This document shows, one piece after another, positions 13,590 to 26,483 of a stretch of DNA of 64,000 nucleotides. Each line of letters starts with the position of its first letter. Position 1 is the first letter of the stretch. A model generated the notes under the pieces. It saw only the letters and a list, made by a program, of their open reading frames with translations. It did not search any database and was not told the DNA's origin. Both the position numbers and the translations under genes were made by a program. Source of the stretch: Eledone cirrhosa (lineage: Eukaryota); NCBI GenBank assembly GCA_964016885.1, contig OZ024741.1:331824001-331888000 (forward strand), read 5' to 3'.

Positions 13590-13648
13590 TATATAAATAT
13601 ATAGATTATGAATATATATGTGTATATATGAATGTATATGTATATATG

Positions 13649-13750
<102 letters not shown>

Positions 13751-13860
13751 TACATTCATATATACACATATATTCATAATTCATTTTATTCATAATCGGC
13801 TGTAATACCTATTTCTATGGTGTTCACAGATATCTACATCTGGTCTTTGCAATTATCATT

Positions 13861-14047
13861 GGTGGATTGGCAGTATCGGTAGAGGGTCGGACGCCATGCT
13901 TTCCAGCATAGTTACGTCCCTTTACGATCTGAGTTCAAATCCCGCTGAGGTTAACTTTGCTTTTCATCCTTACGGGGTCGATAAAATAAAGTACCAGTAA
14001 TGCACTGGGTAATTGCTGGCCTTGTGCCTAAAGTAGAAACAATTATT
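13861..14047 (+). mobile_element. tRNA-derived SINE family A
   Basis: A box TGGCAGTATCGG, B box GAGTTCAAATCC, body TTTCATCCTTACGGGGTCGATAAAATAAAGTACCAG. More than 12 copies in the window. Confidence 0.9.
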
Positions 14048-14579
14048 GTATGTATACATGCAGGCACATATACACACATGTATACACACACGTAGGCAGA
14101 TATACATATATATATATATACATATATATATACATATGATATATATATATATATATATATAAATATATACATACATGTTCATATACATACATATATATGT
14201 ATGTATATATATATGTATATACATATATATGTAAGTAGATATATGTATATGTATGTATGTATATATATATATATATTTATTTATTTATTTATATATATAT
14301 ATTTATCTGCATGCATGCATGCATACATACATATATATGTGTGTGTGTAGTGCTTTTCTTTACGAAAATTCTTCAGCTGAAGATGCATTTTTTAGAAATT
14401 TAGTTTTATCTTCAATATCAAGTAATATATTTAGTCTTTCAATCTCTTTTGAACGATAAGATTAAACTGGATTCTAAAATATTCAATAAAACTTGGTAGT
14501 ATTTTCAATATTGGAAATAAATTTAGAAAATACCTGACTTTTAGATCTAACATTTTTCAGCTTATTATAGTTGGTGTGT

Positions 14580-14952
14580 AGCTTGGAGATGAAAGAGTTA
14601 CTCCAGCTAGAGCTGCTATTTCTCTGAATTGAGAGATCACAGCTCCGATACTATGGGCATGTGGTTAGAATGTTCCAGGTAAGAATTGCTGGACAGATTT
14701 TAAGGGGCAAAACTAACCGACAGGAGACCCAGGGGTAGACCCTGATCAAGATGGTTAGATAACATCCATGAGCTTGGCTGGTTTTTCTTGGGAATCTAGC
14801 CAGATAGAGTTTGAAAAATTTGCTTCTGACAGGATACACTGGGAGGAGTATTTGAGGACACATCCCCCAGGAATAAATGGGTGAAGAAGAAGAAGAAGAA
14901 GAAGAAGAAGAAGAAGAAGAAGAAGAAGAAGAAGAAGAAGAAGAAGAAGAAG
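14580..14952 (+). mobile_element. RTE-clade LINE 3' fragment with (GAA)n tail
   Basis: Degenerate RSQLRYYGHVVRM...RRPRGRP..RWLD. A related copy is at 51440-51860 (minus). Confidence 0.7.
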
Positions 14953-16387
14953 AGCTTTTTGTAGTTGATGGGAGATTCCTTCATACAATATTACAAATGA
15001 AAGCATTACATAAAAATGAAGACTAAATAATAGACATAATGATAGTTATATCTGTATAAATCCTGAGTGTGTAACTGAGACAGAAAATACAAATTTCCCT
15101 GTAAATTGAAATAATAATAAACATCCTTAATCGATGTTCAGATCTAATTGGATCCTCATTAGAAGGTGTGTGTATATCATTCAATCAATCACAAAGAAAC
15201 ATGTATTTGATGGGCCATTTTTTCATGAAAAATATGGTAAAAACACAACATTCTATGAATTTTGAAATCGTATTTGAATGGATTTAGTAATATAATTTTC
15301 TAATTATTTGGAGCATAATTTACATAAAATTATGATGGAAGGTTTTTTTTTTTGGTAAATACCATTATCATCATTGTGACCACATTTGAACAAAGTCTCT
15401 CCACAATTTACAATTTTCTGCTGCTGCTGGCAACTGCTCCCTAATGAGATTTATATCATCTGAGAGTTGATCAATTAAAATGTTTGAGAAAACTTCCTCT
15501 ACAGCATTTCCCATGAGTTGGTTCCCACAATAGTAGCTTGTGTATAACTTCCAGTTTACTTCTCCAGTAATGTCCTGCAAATCGTAAGCAACTTGGAACA
15601 ATTGTAATTGTTATCTTGGGCAAGTTTCCACTTAAACTTTCATTTGTAATACATTGATGCTAGTTTAGTTAGATATAAACATCTTAAAACACATTTTTGT
15701 ATTTTAGAACTATGAGCGGTTTTAAGACAGTTTGGTATCAAAATGGTTCAATCATGTTTTTACATCAAAAATTGTTTATTATGCTTATACATACATGTAT
15801 GTGTGTGTTTGTGTGTGTGTGTGTGTGTAGTACTTTTCTTTGAGAAAATTCTTCTATTGAAGATGCATTTTTTAGAAATTTAGTTTTATCTTCAATATCC
15901 AGTAAAATATTTAGACTTTCAATCTCTTCAAGCTATGGAAATTTTTTTTATTATTTAAAAGGAATTAACATATGCAGGGTTGGTCAACTCAGTAAAAATG
16001 AAGCCATGTTAAGATGTGAATATGATAGACTATTAGTAAAGTCGTTAAAGACTACACACAGGTTTACCTAATGCAAGGGGACACGTTGGGTGCGAATTTG
16101 AAGGCTTAGAAAAATAATGTCAATTTGGATCGAAGTTATATGTTCATATGATCAATTGTCTGAGAAGTTATTCGGGTTTAGGCAGCAGGTTCATAAGATT
16201 ACCCAAAACCCGGTCTGGCCAAGAGGAAGAATATAGCGGGGTAGGCCTGACTGAATATACACTGTGCAGCTTCTTGGTGGGAAGACAGTGGGTGGATGAT
16301 GGTGTTATTACACGTTGTTTAATGGTAAGTCTACCGCTGTTAAGTCAGGCCGGGGTGCGGTGCTGAGAGCCTCAGGTATTATAGTGG

Positions 16388-16810
16388 TTATTCACTGGCG
16401 TCCATCTGCAGAATGACAGTTTCGGCCCAACTATTTATGAGTTCCTGGGGTGCTTGCACTACATAATACAGTTCCACTAGGCAGAGTTGGCAGCTCTTTT
16501 TGAAATTATATGGTGTTGCTTGGTTCACAATTTCCCATTGAGTGGTGCAGCTAATGTTAGAGTCAATTAATTGGGTAATATAATTAGTGAGGGAAGTATA
16601 GTGTCTAAGTTTCCTATTCCTAAAAGAGTGGCGATGCGCTCGAAATCTAGTCATGAACACCCCAAAAGTAGTTCCTATGTAAGACTTAACACTATTAAAA
16701 CTTGTAACTCTGCATCTATAGATAACGTTTCTAGTCAAGCAGTAGCCTCGGAGTGGACAGTTGACAGGGTTACGACAGTTGCAATGTTTTTTGTTGTCAC
16801 CTCTAAGGTG
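16388..16810 (-). mobile_element. Penelope-like element GIY-YIG endonuclease remnant (Neptune-type Cys motif)
   Basis: CNCRNPVNCPLRGYCLTRNVIYRC...SYIGTT...RFRAHRHSF...WEIV...CQLCLVE...LIN matches the PLE GIY-YIG domain and its upstream Cys-rich linker. Confidence 0.85.
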
Positions 16811-16926
16811 GTGAGGGCTGGTGTTAATCCTATTACTATTATTATCACCATCACCATAGCTGCCATTATTGTGGTTGGTGTTATTAAATATATTTATATT
16901 TATATATATATTATATATTATATATA

Positions 16927-16988
<62 letters not shown>

Positions 16989-17045
16989 ATATATATACAT
17001 ATATATATATATACATACATACATATATATATACATATATATGTA

Positions 17046-17295
17046 TATCATCATCATCACCATTTTATGTCCGTTCTTCCATGCTAGCATGGTTTAGACG
17101 GGTTGTCCTGTTGTGGGCAGTGTCCAGTTGGCTGACCTTGTCTTGCTCATACAGAAACTGATTCTGGCCTGATTTCTACAGCTGGATGCCCTTCCTAACA
17201 CCAACATCATTTACAGTGAGTGCTGGGTGCTTTTTTTCCGTGGAGCCTACATGTCCACTTTACAGTGTGGGCTGGGTGCTTTTTTGCTGTGGCAC
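17046..17295 (-). mobile_element. 3' module of RTE-tailed non-autonomous retroelement
   Basis: Reverse complement of ~22370-22612. Confidence 0.75.
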
Positions 17296-17345
<50 letters not shown>

Positions 17346-17348
<3 letters not shown>

Positions 17349-18088
17349 AACGAAGCTTGCATGCTCCGCTGGATGTGTAACAGTAATATACGTGAACGGC
17401 AAAGCATAAACGAACTAAGGAAAAAATTAGAGATAAGAGGGATCAGATGTTGTTTACTCGAGAGAAGGCTACGTTGGTATGGACACGTGATGCGCATGAA
17501 AGTCGATAGCTGTATAACAAAGTGCAGGGCAATAAAGATAGACGGTAGTCACGGAATAGGCAGACCTAGAAAAACCTGGGACGAGCTGATAAACTCCGAC
17601 ATCACACACTTACACCTCTCCAAGACAATGTCACTGGACCGAGACCTTTGGCGGTACTCAGTAACAGAAAAGACCCGCCTTACCTAAATATATAGTAAAA
17701 CCTACTCCAGCCAGTAGGCATCTCTAACAAAATACACCCCGTCCCACCACCCCCACCCCCACCCCATCCACACCACCCCGTTCTATGTAAAGTTATGTTG
17801 GTGCCGCGCCATCGAGGCCGAAACAAATGAGATCGTGTAGGTGTCACAACAAAAAAACACACAGTCCACGCTGTAATGTGGCCGTGTAGGCAACACGGTA
17901 AAAACCTCCCAGACCCACACTGTAAATGTGGTTGGTGCTAGGAAGGGCATCCAACTGTAGAAAACCTGCCAGACAGTCCTATGCGAGCAAGACAATCACT
18001 CTTGCCTCAAGTGGGACTACCCCCGTCCAAACCCATGCAAGCGTGGAACACGGACGTTAAACGTTGATGATGATGATGATGATGATGA
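17346..18088 (+). mobile_element. RTE ORF C-terminal fragment joined to Nin-like 3' module
   Basis: RNEACMLRWMC...[12 protein letters not shown]...GRPRKTW, then the module ending GGACGTTAAACGTT(GAT)n. Confidence 0.85.
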
Positions 18089-18127
18089 TATACATATATA
18101 TATACATATATATACACATATATATAT

Positions 18128-18196
<69 letters not shown>

Positions 18197-18209
18197 TACA
18201 TATAAATAT

Positions 18210-18264
<55 letters not shown>

Positions 18265-18573
18265 CATATATATACATGTATATATATACATATATATATA
18301 TATACATATACATATACATACATATATATGTATATATTTTTTTTCTTTTTGTTTTTTAGCTCTGCAACTTCCTGCCCAACAAGACGCATACTTTTGAAAT
18401 GAAAAACATAGAACCCTATTCAAGACATTCTGACAAGTACTTGGCTGTTGCAACCATAAACTCAAGTTTATCTGGTTTATCTACAGATTATAATTTGGAT
18501 AAAAATCTCTCTGTGAATGACTGATATTCAGAAAGGTCACAGAGACACTCACACAGATACAAACACAATATTA

Positions 18574-18770
18574 CAATGTTTGACTGAATAGTTCATAAGC
18601 TGACCAAGATACTCTCATGGAATGACCAAATGAGGTTTATTTTTCAACAAAGTCCCTGGAAAGAAACAATGCAGTTATTAATAAAAAGAGTTTAAATTAA
18701 CGCATGCAACATTTAACAGCTCTAACATCACTCCTTCATAGTCAACCTATAAGTTTTTAGTCTACCCTTG
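18574..18770. mobile_element. mariner-type MITE (~200 bp)
   Basis: Imperfect TIRs and TA flanks. Copies at 21091-21288 and 47342-47519. Confidence 0.75.
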
Positions 18771-20184
18771 TATATTTCCAAACATACATATTTTCCATAT
18801 ATTCCAAGAAGACAAAAATCACCACAATTCATAAATGATATGAAATAAATATAATTTTGTTTAAAATGTGAAATATTGATTATTTGTGGACTATAGCTGG
18901 AAGCAAGGATGGTTGGGAAACAACACAATGAAATTCTTACAAAGTACTTGAAAAATAACTTGTTTAATTCTTAACATCCTGTACCAGATACCAGATGAAA
19001 CCACATTAGTAAGACCTTCTTGAAAAGTATAAAACAGCATACATTTAAACTACAAATCTTCATGATGATTTGTCTGCTAATATAAATACTGAAAACATTT
19101 ATTTGAATTAATAAACCACATGAAACCACATCAGCAAATCATTTTTGAAAAGTACAAAACAGCACTATGACCATTAAAAATTTAAATCTTTAATACTGCA
19201 ACTTTTCACAATGATCTGTCCAGTAGTAAATATACTACAAATACTTGAATTCCCAAACTACATGAAATCATAGCAAAATATTCTTGAAATATACAAAGCA
19301 GCACTATAGCAGCATCACAATGATCTGCCCAACAGTAAATATACAATCAATACTTGAATTTCCAAACTACATGAAACCACAGCAAGACATTCTTGAAACA
19401 TACAAAGCAGCACTATAGCAGCATCACATTTATAAATTGGAGCCTTTAATACTGTAAATCTTTACAATGATCTGTCCAGTAGTAAATATACTATAAACAT
19501 TTGAATTAACAAACTGTTTTTTTTTTTTAATATTTTCTACTAAATCATTTCAGGATGGTAAGAGTTAAAGAAAAGACAATATTGTATTATAGGTGGTTGA
19601 AAGTGTATTTACACTTTTGAGGAGATTTGTCACATGCTCCAAAAATATAAACTTCTTTTGAAGAAACACAAAGCCAGTAACTTTTTTTTTTTACAGAAGA
19701 AGACAAAAGTTATAACTAATTCTATTGAACACAACAAATACTTTCAGGCCATCTTCCTTGCTAAAGCTAGAGTTAGCCTTGTGGAACCCATGATGATGTT
19801 TATAACCCATCATAATGAACTTTTTTTGAAGTAATATTTTATGGTTAGATGCCTCTCCTGGCCCCTTCCTTTTGAGTCAATACACACAGAGAGATATTAT
19901 GTACATATTCTAAACAGGATCCACACAACATAACTGATTTAACTATACAGTATATTACTGGTACCTAAATCATATTAAATAAGGAGAGATGGAAGATAAA
20001 ATCTATTCAGTGAAAACTGATCACATTTGGATGGAAACTAAATATTTTCAAGATTAAATCTGCCTTTTTATCTCTTTTTTTTTCTCTATCGCTATCTATC
20101 TATTTCACTATCTTTCTCTCTCTCCATCTATCTATTTATCTATCTATCTATCCCTCTCTCACTCTAAATTTCTTTCTCGCTCTT

Positions 20185-20278
<94 letters not shown>

Positions 20279-21090
20279 CTATCTATCTAATCTATCTTTA
20301 TATTTATTTATCTCTCTCTCTATCTTGATTTATCTCTATCTCTCTATCTGTCTAAATATCTAACTAGCTCTCTATCTATATATATATCTACTTCTCTCTC
20401 TCTCTCTATCTATCTATCTATGTCATGATTCATCCACCATCATTATTTTCATGGAATTAAACATTTTTGTGATATATTTAAATCATGTATGTCCACATTC
20501 AAACCAGAAACGTTTCGTTTCCTTAAACTGACCATTTAAAAATAACTATAAACTTTACATGGAATTGGAAGAAAATAGCAAACAAGGGGATTTTTCCTGG
20601 ATTATTTAAAAGGAAATTACTGATTTTATTAATTTGAAAAACAAACACACACTCACTAACTCACTAATATCATCATCATCAACTTCAACTCTTTATTGAA
20701 TCCATGCTGGCATGGATTCAATAAATCATTGCAGTCTGAGACAATATTGGCTGGAGAACCATGTCTATATAATACACATATATATATAGATATATAGATA
20801 TATTCACACAAACACACACATGTATATATATACATACATACACACACTATATTATATATATATAGAGAGAGAGAGGCGGGGGAAAGAAAGAGAGAGAGAT
20901 AAAATAAAATATTTTATGTGTTTCCTCCTTATGAATAATTATTTGCCAACAAAGATCATATGTCAGCTTCTCAACTTCAATTTCCAACTTCCTAAACTTT
21001 ATTGTGTGTATTTCTACTACGACAGTAAGTAGACCAATCGTTCTAAGGTCTTCTTTACCTACAAAAGGGGATTATTTATCATTCAACATA

Positions 21091-21288
21091 TGAGTGTCAG
21101 CTGAAGCATTGATTGGCTGACCAAGATACTCTCATGAAATGACGAAATGAGGTTTATTTTTCAACATAGTCCCTGGAAAGAAACAATGCATTTATAAATA
21201 AGAAGAGCTGAAATTAATGCATGCAAGATTTCACAGCTCTAGCATCACTCTTTCATAGTCAGCCTATGAAATTTTCAGCTGACCCTTG
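21091..21288. mobile_element. mariner-type MITE
   Basis: Same internal sequence as 18574-18770 (CTGACCAAGATACTCTCATG...GTCCCTGGAAAGAAACAATGC). Confidence 0.75.
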
Positions 21289-21905
21289 TATATTACTATC
21301 AATACATTTCTGTGATCCTTATGGATCTAACATGGTGTAATAGATTTGCCAATAAAAGATCTGAAAGTTACTCCGAAAAATCTGAAGAACAGAAAGAATG
21401 TGACCTCTTGGAAGATGCAGTCAAGAGTTCAACTATGTACAAGTGGTGTTATTATCTCTATGACAACAAACTTTGTCTTGATGAACAACAACAGTAATAA
21501 CAACAACAAGTGGGGGGAGGGGAAGCATCAACAATTCTTCTGTACAAATTTTCTTGAGAACCTTCTAAAGTAAAAACGTGTGTGTATGTGTGTCTATACA
21601 CACACATTCATATGTATGTATGTCTGTATGTATGTTTGTATGTATGTGTATGTATATATTAATGTATTTATGTATTTATGTATGTGTGTGCGTATGTATG
21701 TAGTTGCATATATGTATGTATGTATCCATGTATGTATATAGGTATGTGTGTATGTATATATATATGTGTGTATGTGTGTATGTGTGTATTATTGTATTTT
21801 TCAATAAATTCTGTAACAGAACATTAAAACATTGATAAACAAATGAAATGACTTCACCTAAAATCATTGTGAGTTGTCATCTATCTATCTATCTATCTAT
21901 CTATC

Positions 21906-21960
21906 TTCCCCCTTTGTATTTGTCCCCTTCTTTTGTGCCCCTGTGGCTAATAAAGAAACA
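21906..21960 (+). mobile_element. extreme 3' end of a Tx1-type element within (TATC)n
   Basis: CTGTGGCTAATAAAGAAACA resembles the 3' end TTGTGGTTAATAAAGAAATCA of the full-length element. (TATC)n lies on both sides. Confidence 0.55.
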
Positions 21961-22059
<99 letters not shown>

Positions 22060-22067
22060 GAATCAAA

Positions 22068-22612
22068 TGCTGCGTGCAGGAGAGGCGGTTACGCTGGTAT
22101 GGACATGTGATGCGTATGAAGGATGACAGCTGCATAAAAAGGTGCAGAGCACTAGAAGTTGATGGAAACCGCGGAGTGGGGAGACCCAAGATGACTTGGG
22201 ATGAGGTGATAAAAGCCGACCTTACCCAACTACACCTCTCAAAGTCAATGACACACGACCGTGACTTCTGGCGTCACGCAGTAATACAGGGTACCCGACC
22301 TCCCATGGGTACATGCTGAAGCATATAAACAATATGCCCCCCCCCCCCTCCACCGCAAGGTGGCCGTGGAGGTGCCACGGCAAAAAAGCACCCAGCCCAC
22401 ACTGTAAAGTGGACGTGTAGGCGCCACGAAAAAGCACCCAGCACTCACTGTAAATGAGGTTGGTGTTAGGAAGGGCATCCAGCTGTAGAAATCAAGCCAG
22501 ATCAGTTCCTGTATGAGCAAGGCATGGTCAGCCGACCAGACACTGCCCACAACAGGACAACCCGTCTAACCCATGCTAGCGTGGAAGAACGGACGTAAAA
22601 CGGTGATGATGA
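22068..22612 (+). mobile_element. RTE ORF C-terminal fragment joined to Nin-like 3' module
   Basis: [17 protein letters not shown]...GRPKMTW, then the module and (GAT)n tail. Confidence 0.85.
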
Positions 22613-22657
22613 TTAATTCAAAATATTAATAAATATAGACATTCATGTGATCAAATA

Positions 22658-22723
22658 TATTTTATTATATATATTTCAGAGGTACTGTGCTGTTTCCTCA
22701 GTACGTCCTCATCAGATAAAATA
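22658..22723 (-). ncRNA. minimal type-I hammerhead ribozyme
   Basis: Exact reverse complement of 22827-22892. Confidence 0.85.
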
Positions 22724-22826
22724 AATTGATGTCTGACATACCTCAACCGTGCTGATGGTTCAATTCCAGCACTGCCAAGACTGGAATTGAACCATCAGCA
22801 CGGTTGAGGTATGTCAGACATCAATT

Positions 22827-22892
22827 TATTTTATCTGATGAGGACGTACTGAGGAAACAGCACAGTACCTCTGAAATATATATAATAAAATA
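22827..22892 (+). ncRNA. minimal type-I hammerhead ribozyme
   Basis: TATTTTAT-CTGATGA-GGAcGTACTG..CAGTACcTCT-GAAA-TATATA-TA-ATAAAATA. Confidence 0.85.
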
Positions 22893-23032
22893 TATTTGAT
22901 CACATGAATGTCTGTATTTATTAATATTTTGAATTAATATTAATAACTCCAGAAAACTTTACTGTTGAGTGCTTCTAATCTATTGTAAACTATATTAATT
23001 GATTAATCAATGAACCCTGTTTAAATTTTGGT

Positions 23033-23137
<105 letters not shown>

Positions 23138-23382
23138 CGTATATATGTATAAAATATACATAATAAACAACACAAGATAATTATTTCATTACTGAAGGTT
23201 TCAAGAAACTAGATGATTTTTGCAAGGAACATCCAGTTCATTAGTCAGACAACATATGGAATAATTATATGAAATAAAATAATTATATTGGGTTGTTTAT
23301 TATGCAATTAAATAGCTCTGTACAATACATAGAGCACTCTTTTTTCCTTTACCTATTTCAATGGAAATACTTACACACACAC

Positions 23383-23417
<35 letters not shown>

Positions 23418-23472
23418 AGTGCATGTGTATTTGATCTATGTGTGTTTATTTCTCTCTCTCTCTTTCTCTGTA

Positions 23473-23530
<58 letters not shown>

Positions 23531-24040
23531 TATATACATATATATACACATATGCATATATATATATATATATCAAGTAAAATAACGGAGTAAAGGACTC
23601 ACGTATAATCTTGTAATTCAATGAGCTGTGTTTTTCCTCTCTATATATATAAACTACGAAAGGTTTGGGAAAGACATTATAATTAAAAGGATAAATTAAA
23701 ATGAAATAACCCACCTTTAAGGTGCTCTCAATAAGGAAACATCAAAGACGGTACAGGACGATTCAGTGTGGGGGATTTTGTGTAAAATAAAATTTATAAC
23801 AAAGACTAAGAAAAATAAACATTTAAAAAACAAACATAAAACAAATTCTCCAAAGGTAAGGAGAATCTAATTCCCAGACTGGGTGATGCATTGTGTCCTT
23901 GAGCAAGACTATTTTTCACATTGCTCCAGTTTATTCAGCTGTAGAAATGAGTTGTGATGTCACTGGTACCAAGTAGTTTCAGCCTTTTCCTTAGACATCA
24001 TATATATGTGTGTGTGTGTATGTGTGTGTATATGTATGTG

Positions 24041-24095
<55 letters not shown>

Positions 24096-24570
24096 TGTAT
24101 ATAAGTTGTGATGTCACTGGTGCCAAGCTGTATCGGCCTTTATCTTGGACAACAATGTATATATATATGTGTGTGTGTGTGTGTGTATGTGTGTATACAT
24201 ATAGTGTGTATATAAGTTGTGATGTCACTGGTGCCAAGTAGTATCAACCTTCACCTTGGACAACAATATACATATGTGTGTGTATGTATATATAGTGTGT
24301 ATTTAAGTTGTGATGTCACTGGTGCCAAGCTGTATCGGTCTTTACCTTTCCCTTAGACAACATTTTTAACATGGAGAGGGGTAAATGGTATGCATGAGTG
24401 ACTGCTGGTCCTCCACAAACAACCTTGCCTAGACTTGTGCCTCTAGGTGCAAATCCCATGGTCATGAGTGACCAAAGGAAGTCTTTACCATTTTACCTTT
24501 TTTACAACAAACACAAATGGAAAGTATTCAGTAATTGATGAAAGCATTAATAAATGGAACTATACATTAA

Positions 24571-24791
24571 CCCTTTAGCATTTACATTACTCTATATCTA
24601 CTATGGTATTTTTGTGGTAAAGGTTTTATCTTACATAATTATCTCACATAATTTCGAATCTATGAGATTTTGATGTTATTTATTTTGAGAACAATACCTT
24701 AACATCAGTATGAGTGGCCAATTATAGCCGATTTGAACAGAAAAAGGTGAAAGAATTCTGGCCAGATATGGCTGATTTTAATGCTAGGGGG
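24571..24791. mobile_element. piggyBac-type MITE
   Basis: TTAA|CCCTTTAGCATTTA ... TTAATGCTAGGGGG|TTAA. Confidence 0.8.
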
Positions 24792-25311
24792 TTAATGAAA
24801 GTACTGAAATATATATTTATTACATTTTTTTTATTTCATCAACACTTCATGGAAAATGTATCTCTGCAAAATCTAATTCAAAAATATCCACTATAAAGGT
24901 ATGATGAAATAAAATCATGTGTGTGTGTGTAGTGGTGGTGGTGGTGGTGTTAGTTGCTAACTTGTAATTATACTTCATTACCTTACATTTTCATTTGTTA
25001 ATATTTTTATGAAATAAACTTGAGAATAAAATTAGATTGTTTAATACAGTAACATAAGGGAATAAATAACGACTGTTACCAAGAAATTGACAAAGGTAAG
25101 TGTACTTATAACGATGGGAACTTCAATATCAACAATATGTGCTGGGGATACTGAAAAAAAATAACAAGGATAATGATATTAACAACGATAATACTGAGAA
25201 TAATGTTATAGTTAAAATGAAGAAGCAAGATGGAGAACTCACGCCCATGTTAAGGTGCTAAAGATAGTGATGGTAATTTTTGGGAACAAGATACTACTGT
25301 TACTAAAAATA

Positions 25312-25810
25312 ATTGTTTCTACATTTGGCACAAGGCCAGCAATTATCCTAGTGCATTACTGGTACTTTATTTTATCGACCATGTAAGGATGAAAGGCAAA
25401 GTTAACCTTGGCGGGATTTGAACTCAGAACGTAAAGGGCCATGACTCTATGTTGCAAAGAATCGTGTCTAACACTGATATAGGCACAAGGCTATCAATTT
25501 TTTGGGGGGAGGGGAACGTCGATTAAATCGACCCCAGTGCATGACTGGTACTTTATTTTATCGACCCCTTAAGGATGAAAGGTAAAGTGTGGATTATAAA
25601 AATTGTTTCTACTTTTGGCACAAGGCCAGCAATTATCCCAGTGTATTACTGGTGCTTTATTTTATCGACCCCGTAAGGATGAAAAGCAAAGTTAACCTTA
25701 GCGGCATTTGAACTCAGACCGTAAAGGCCTGTAACTCTTTGCTGCAAAGTATGGTGTCAGACCCTCTACCAATACTGCCAATCCCAGCATGGCGGGATTT
25801 GAACTCAGAT
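25312..25810 (-). mobile_element. cluster of at least three tandem SINE family A copies or fragments
   Basis: Repeated GGCACAAGGC...TACTTTATTTTATCGACC...GATTTGAACTCAG. Confidence 0.8.
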
Positions 25811-25834
25811 AATAATAATAATAATAATAATAAT

Positions 25835-26172
25835 CATCATTCATCATTTCATTTTAGTCCACTTTTCCCTGCTTGCAAGGGTGGGACGGGAACGGATTCT
25901 GGCTTGATTTCTACAGCTGGATGCCCTTCCTAACACCAACCTCATTTACAGTGAGTGCTGGGTGCTTTTTTGCCATGGCACCTCCACGACCACTTTACAG
26001 TGGAATGATAAGGACCCCAGTCCCTATCATCTCATTTCTACAGCTGAGTAAACTGGAACAATGTGAAATAAAGTGTCTTGCTCAAGGAAACAACACATTA
26101 CCCGGTCTGAGAATTGAACTCATAACCTTTCGATTGCAAGGCCAATGCTCTAACCACTAAGCCATGTGCCTC
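25835..26172 (-). mobile_element. tRNA-derived SINE family B
   Basis: Reverse complement of 12306-12636. Confidence 0.88.
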
Positions 26173-26173
26173 C

Positions 26174-26223
<50 letters not shown>

Positions 26224-26483
26224 TTTCTTTATTAACCACAAGGGTTTACATAAAGTAGACATTAAGGACAGTGCAGGACAATGCAGGACGGTACAAATGG
26301 GCATTTCTGCGTGTAAAAAAACAAAAACAGAGGATGTAACAAAAATAACAATGAAAATAACAATGAAAAATTCCCCAATAGGGGGGAGACTTCGGAGGGA
26401 CATTTGTGGAGAAAGCCCAGTAAAAAGCCACAATGACCCTGACCACCAAGGCAAGTGCCCTCTCCCAGTTTTCCACCTTTAGT

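Larger units (their letters stand above)
22612..22938. repeat. 327-bp near-perfect palindrome (inverted Penelope-type terminal repeat)
   Basis: 158-bp arms, 11-nt loop at 22770-22780, one mismatch seen. Confidence 0.95.

Noticed and set aside
16020-16260. Expected hammerhead downstream of the Penelope GIY-YIG remnant
   Set aside because: Only degraded partial matches were found and no consistent three-stem fold could be built.
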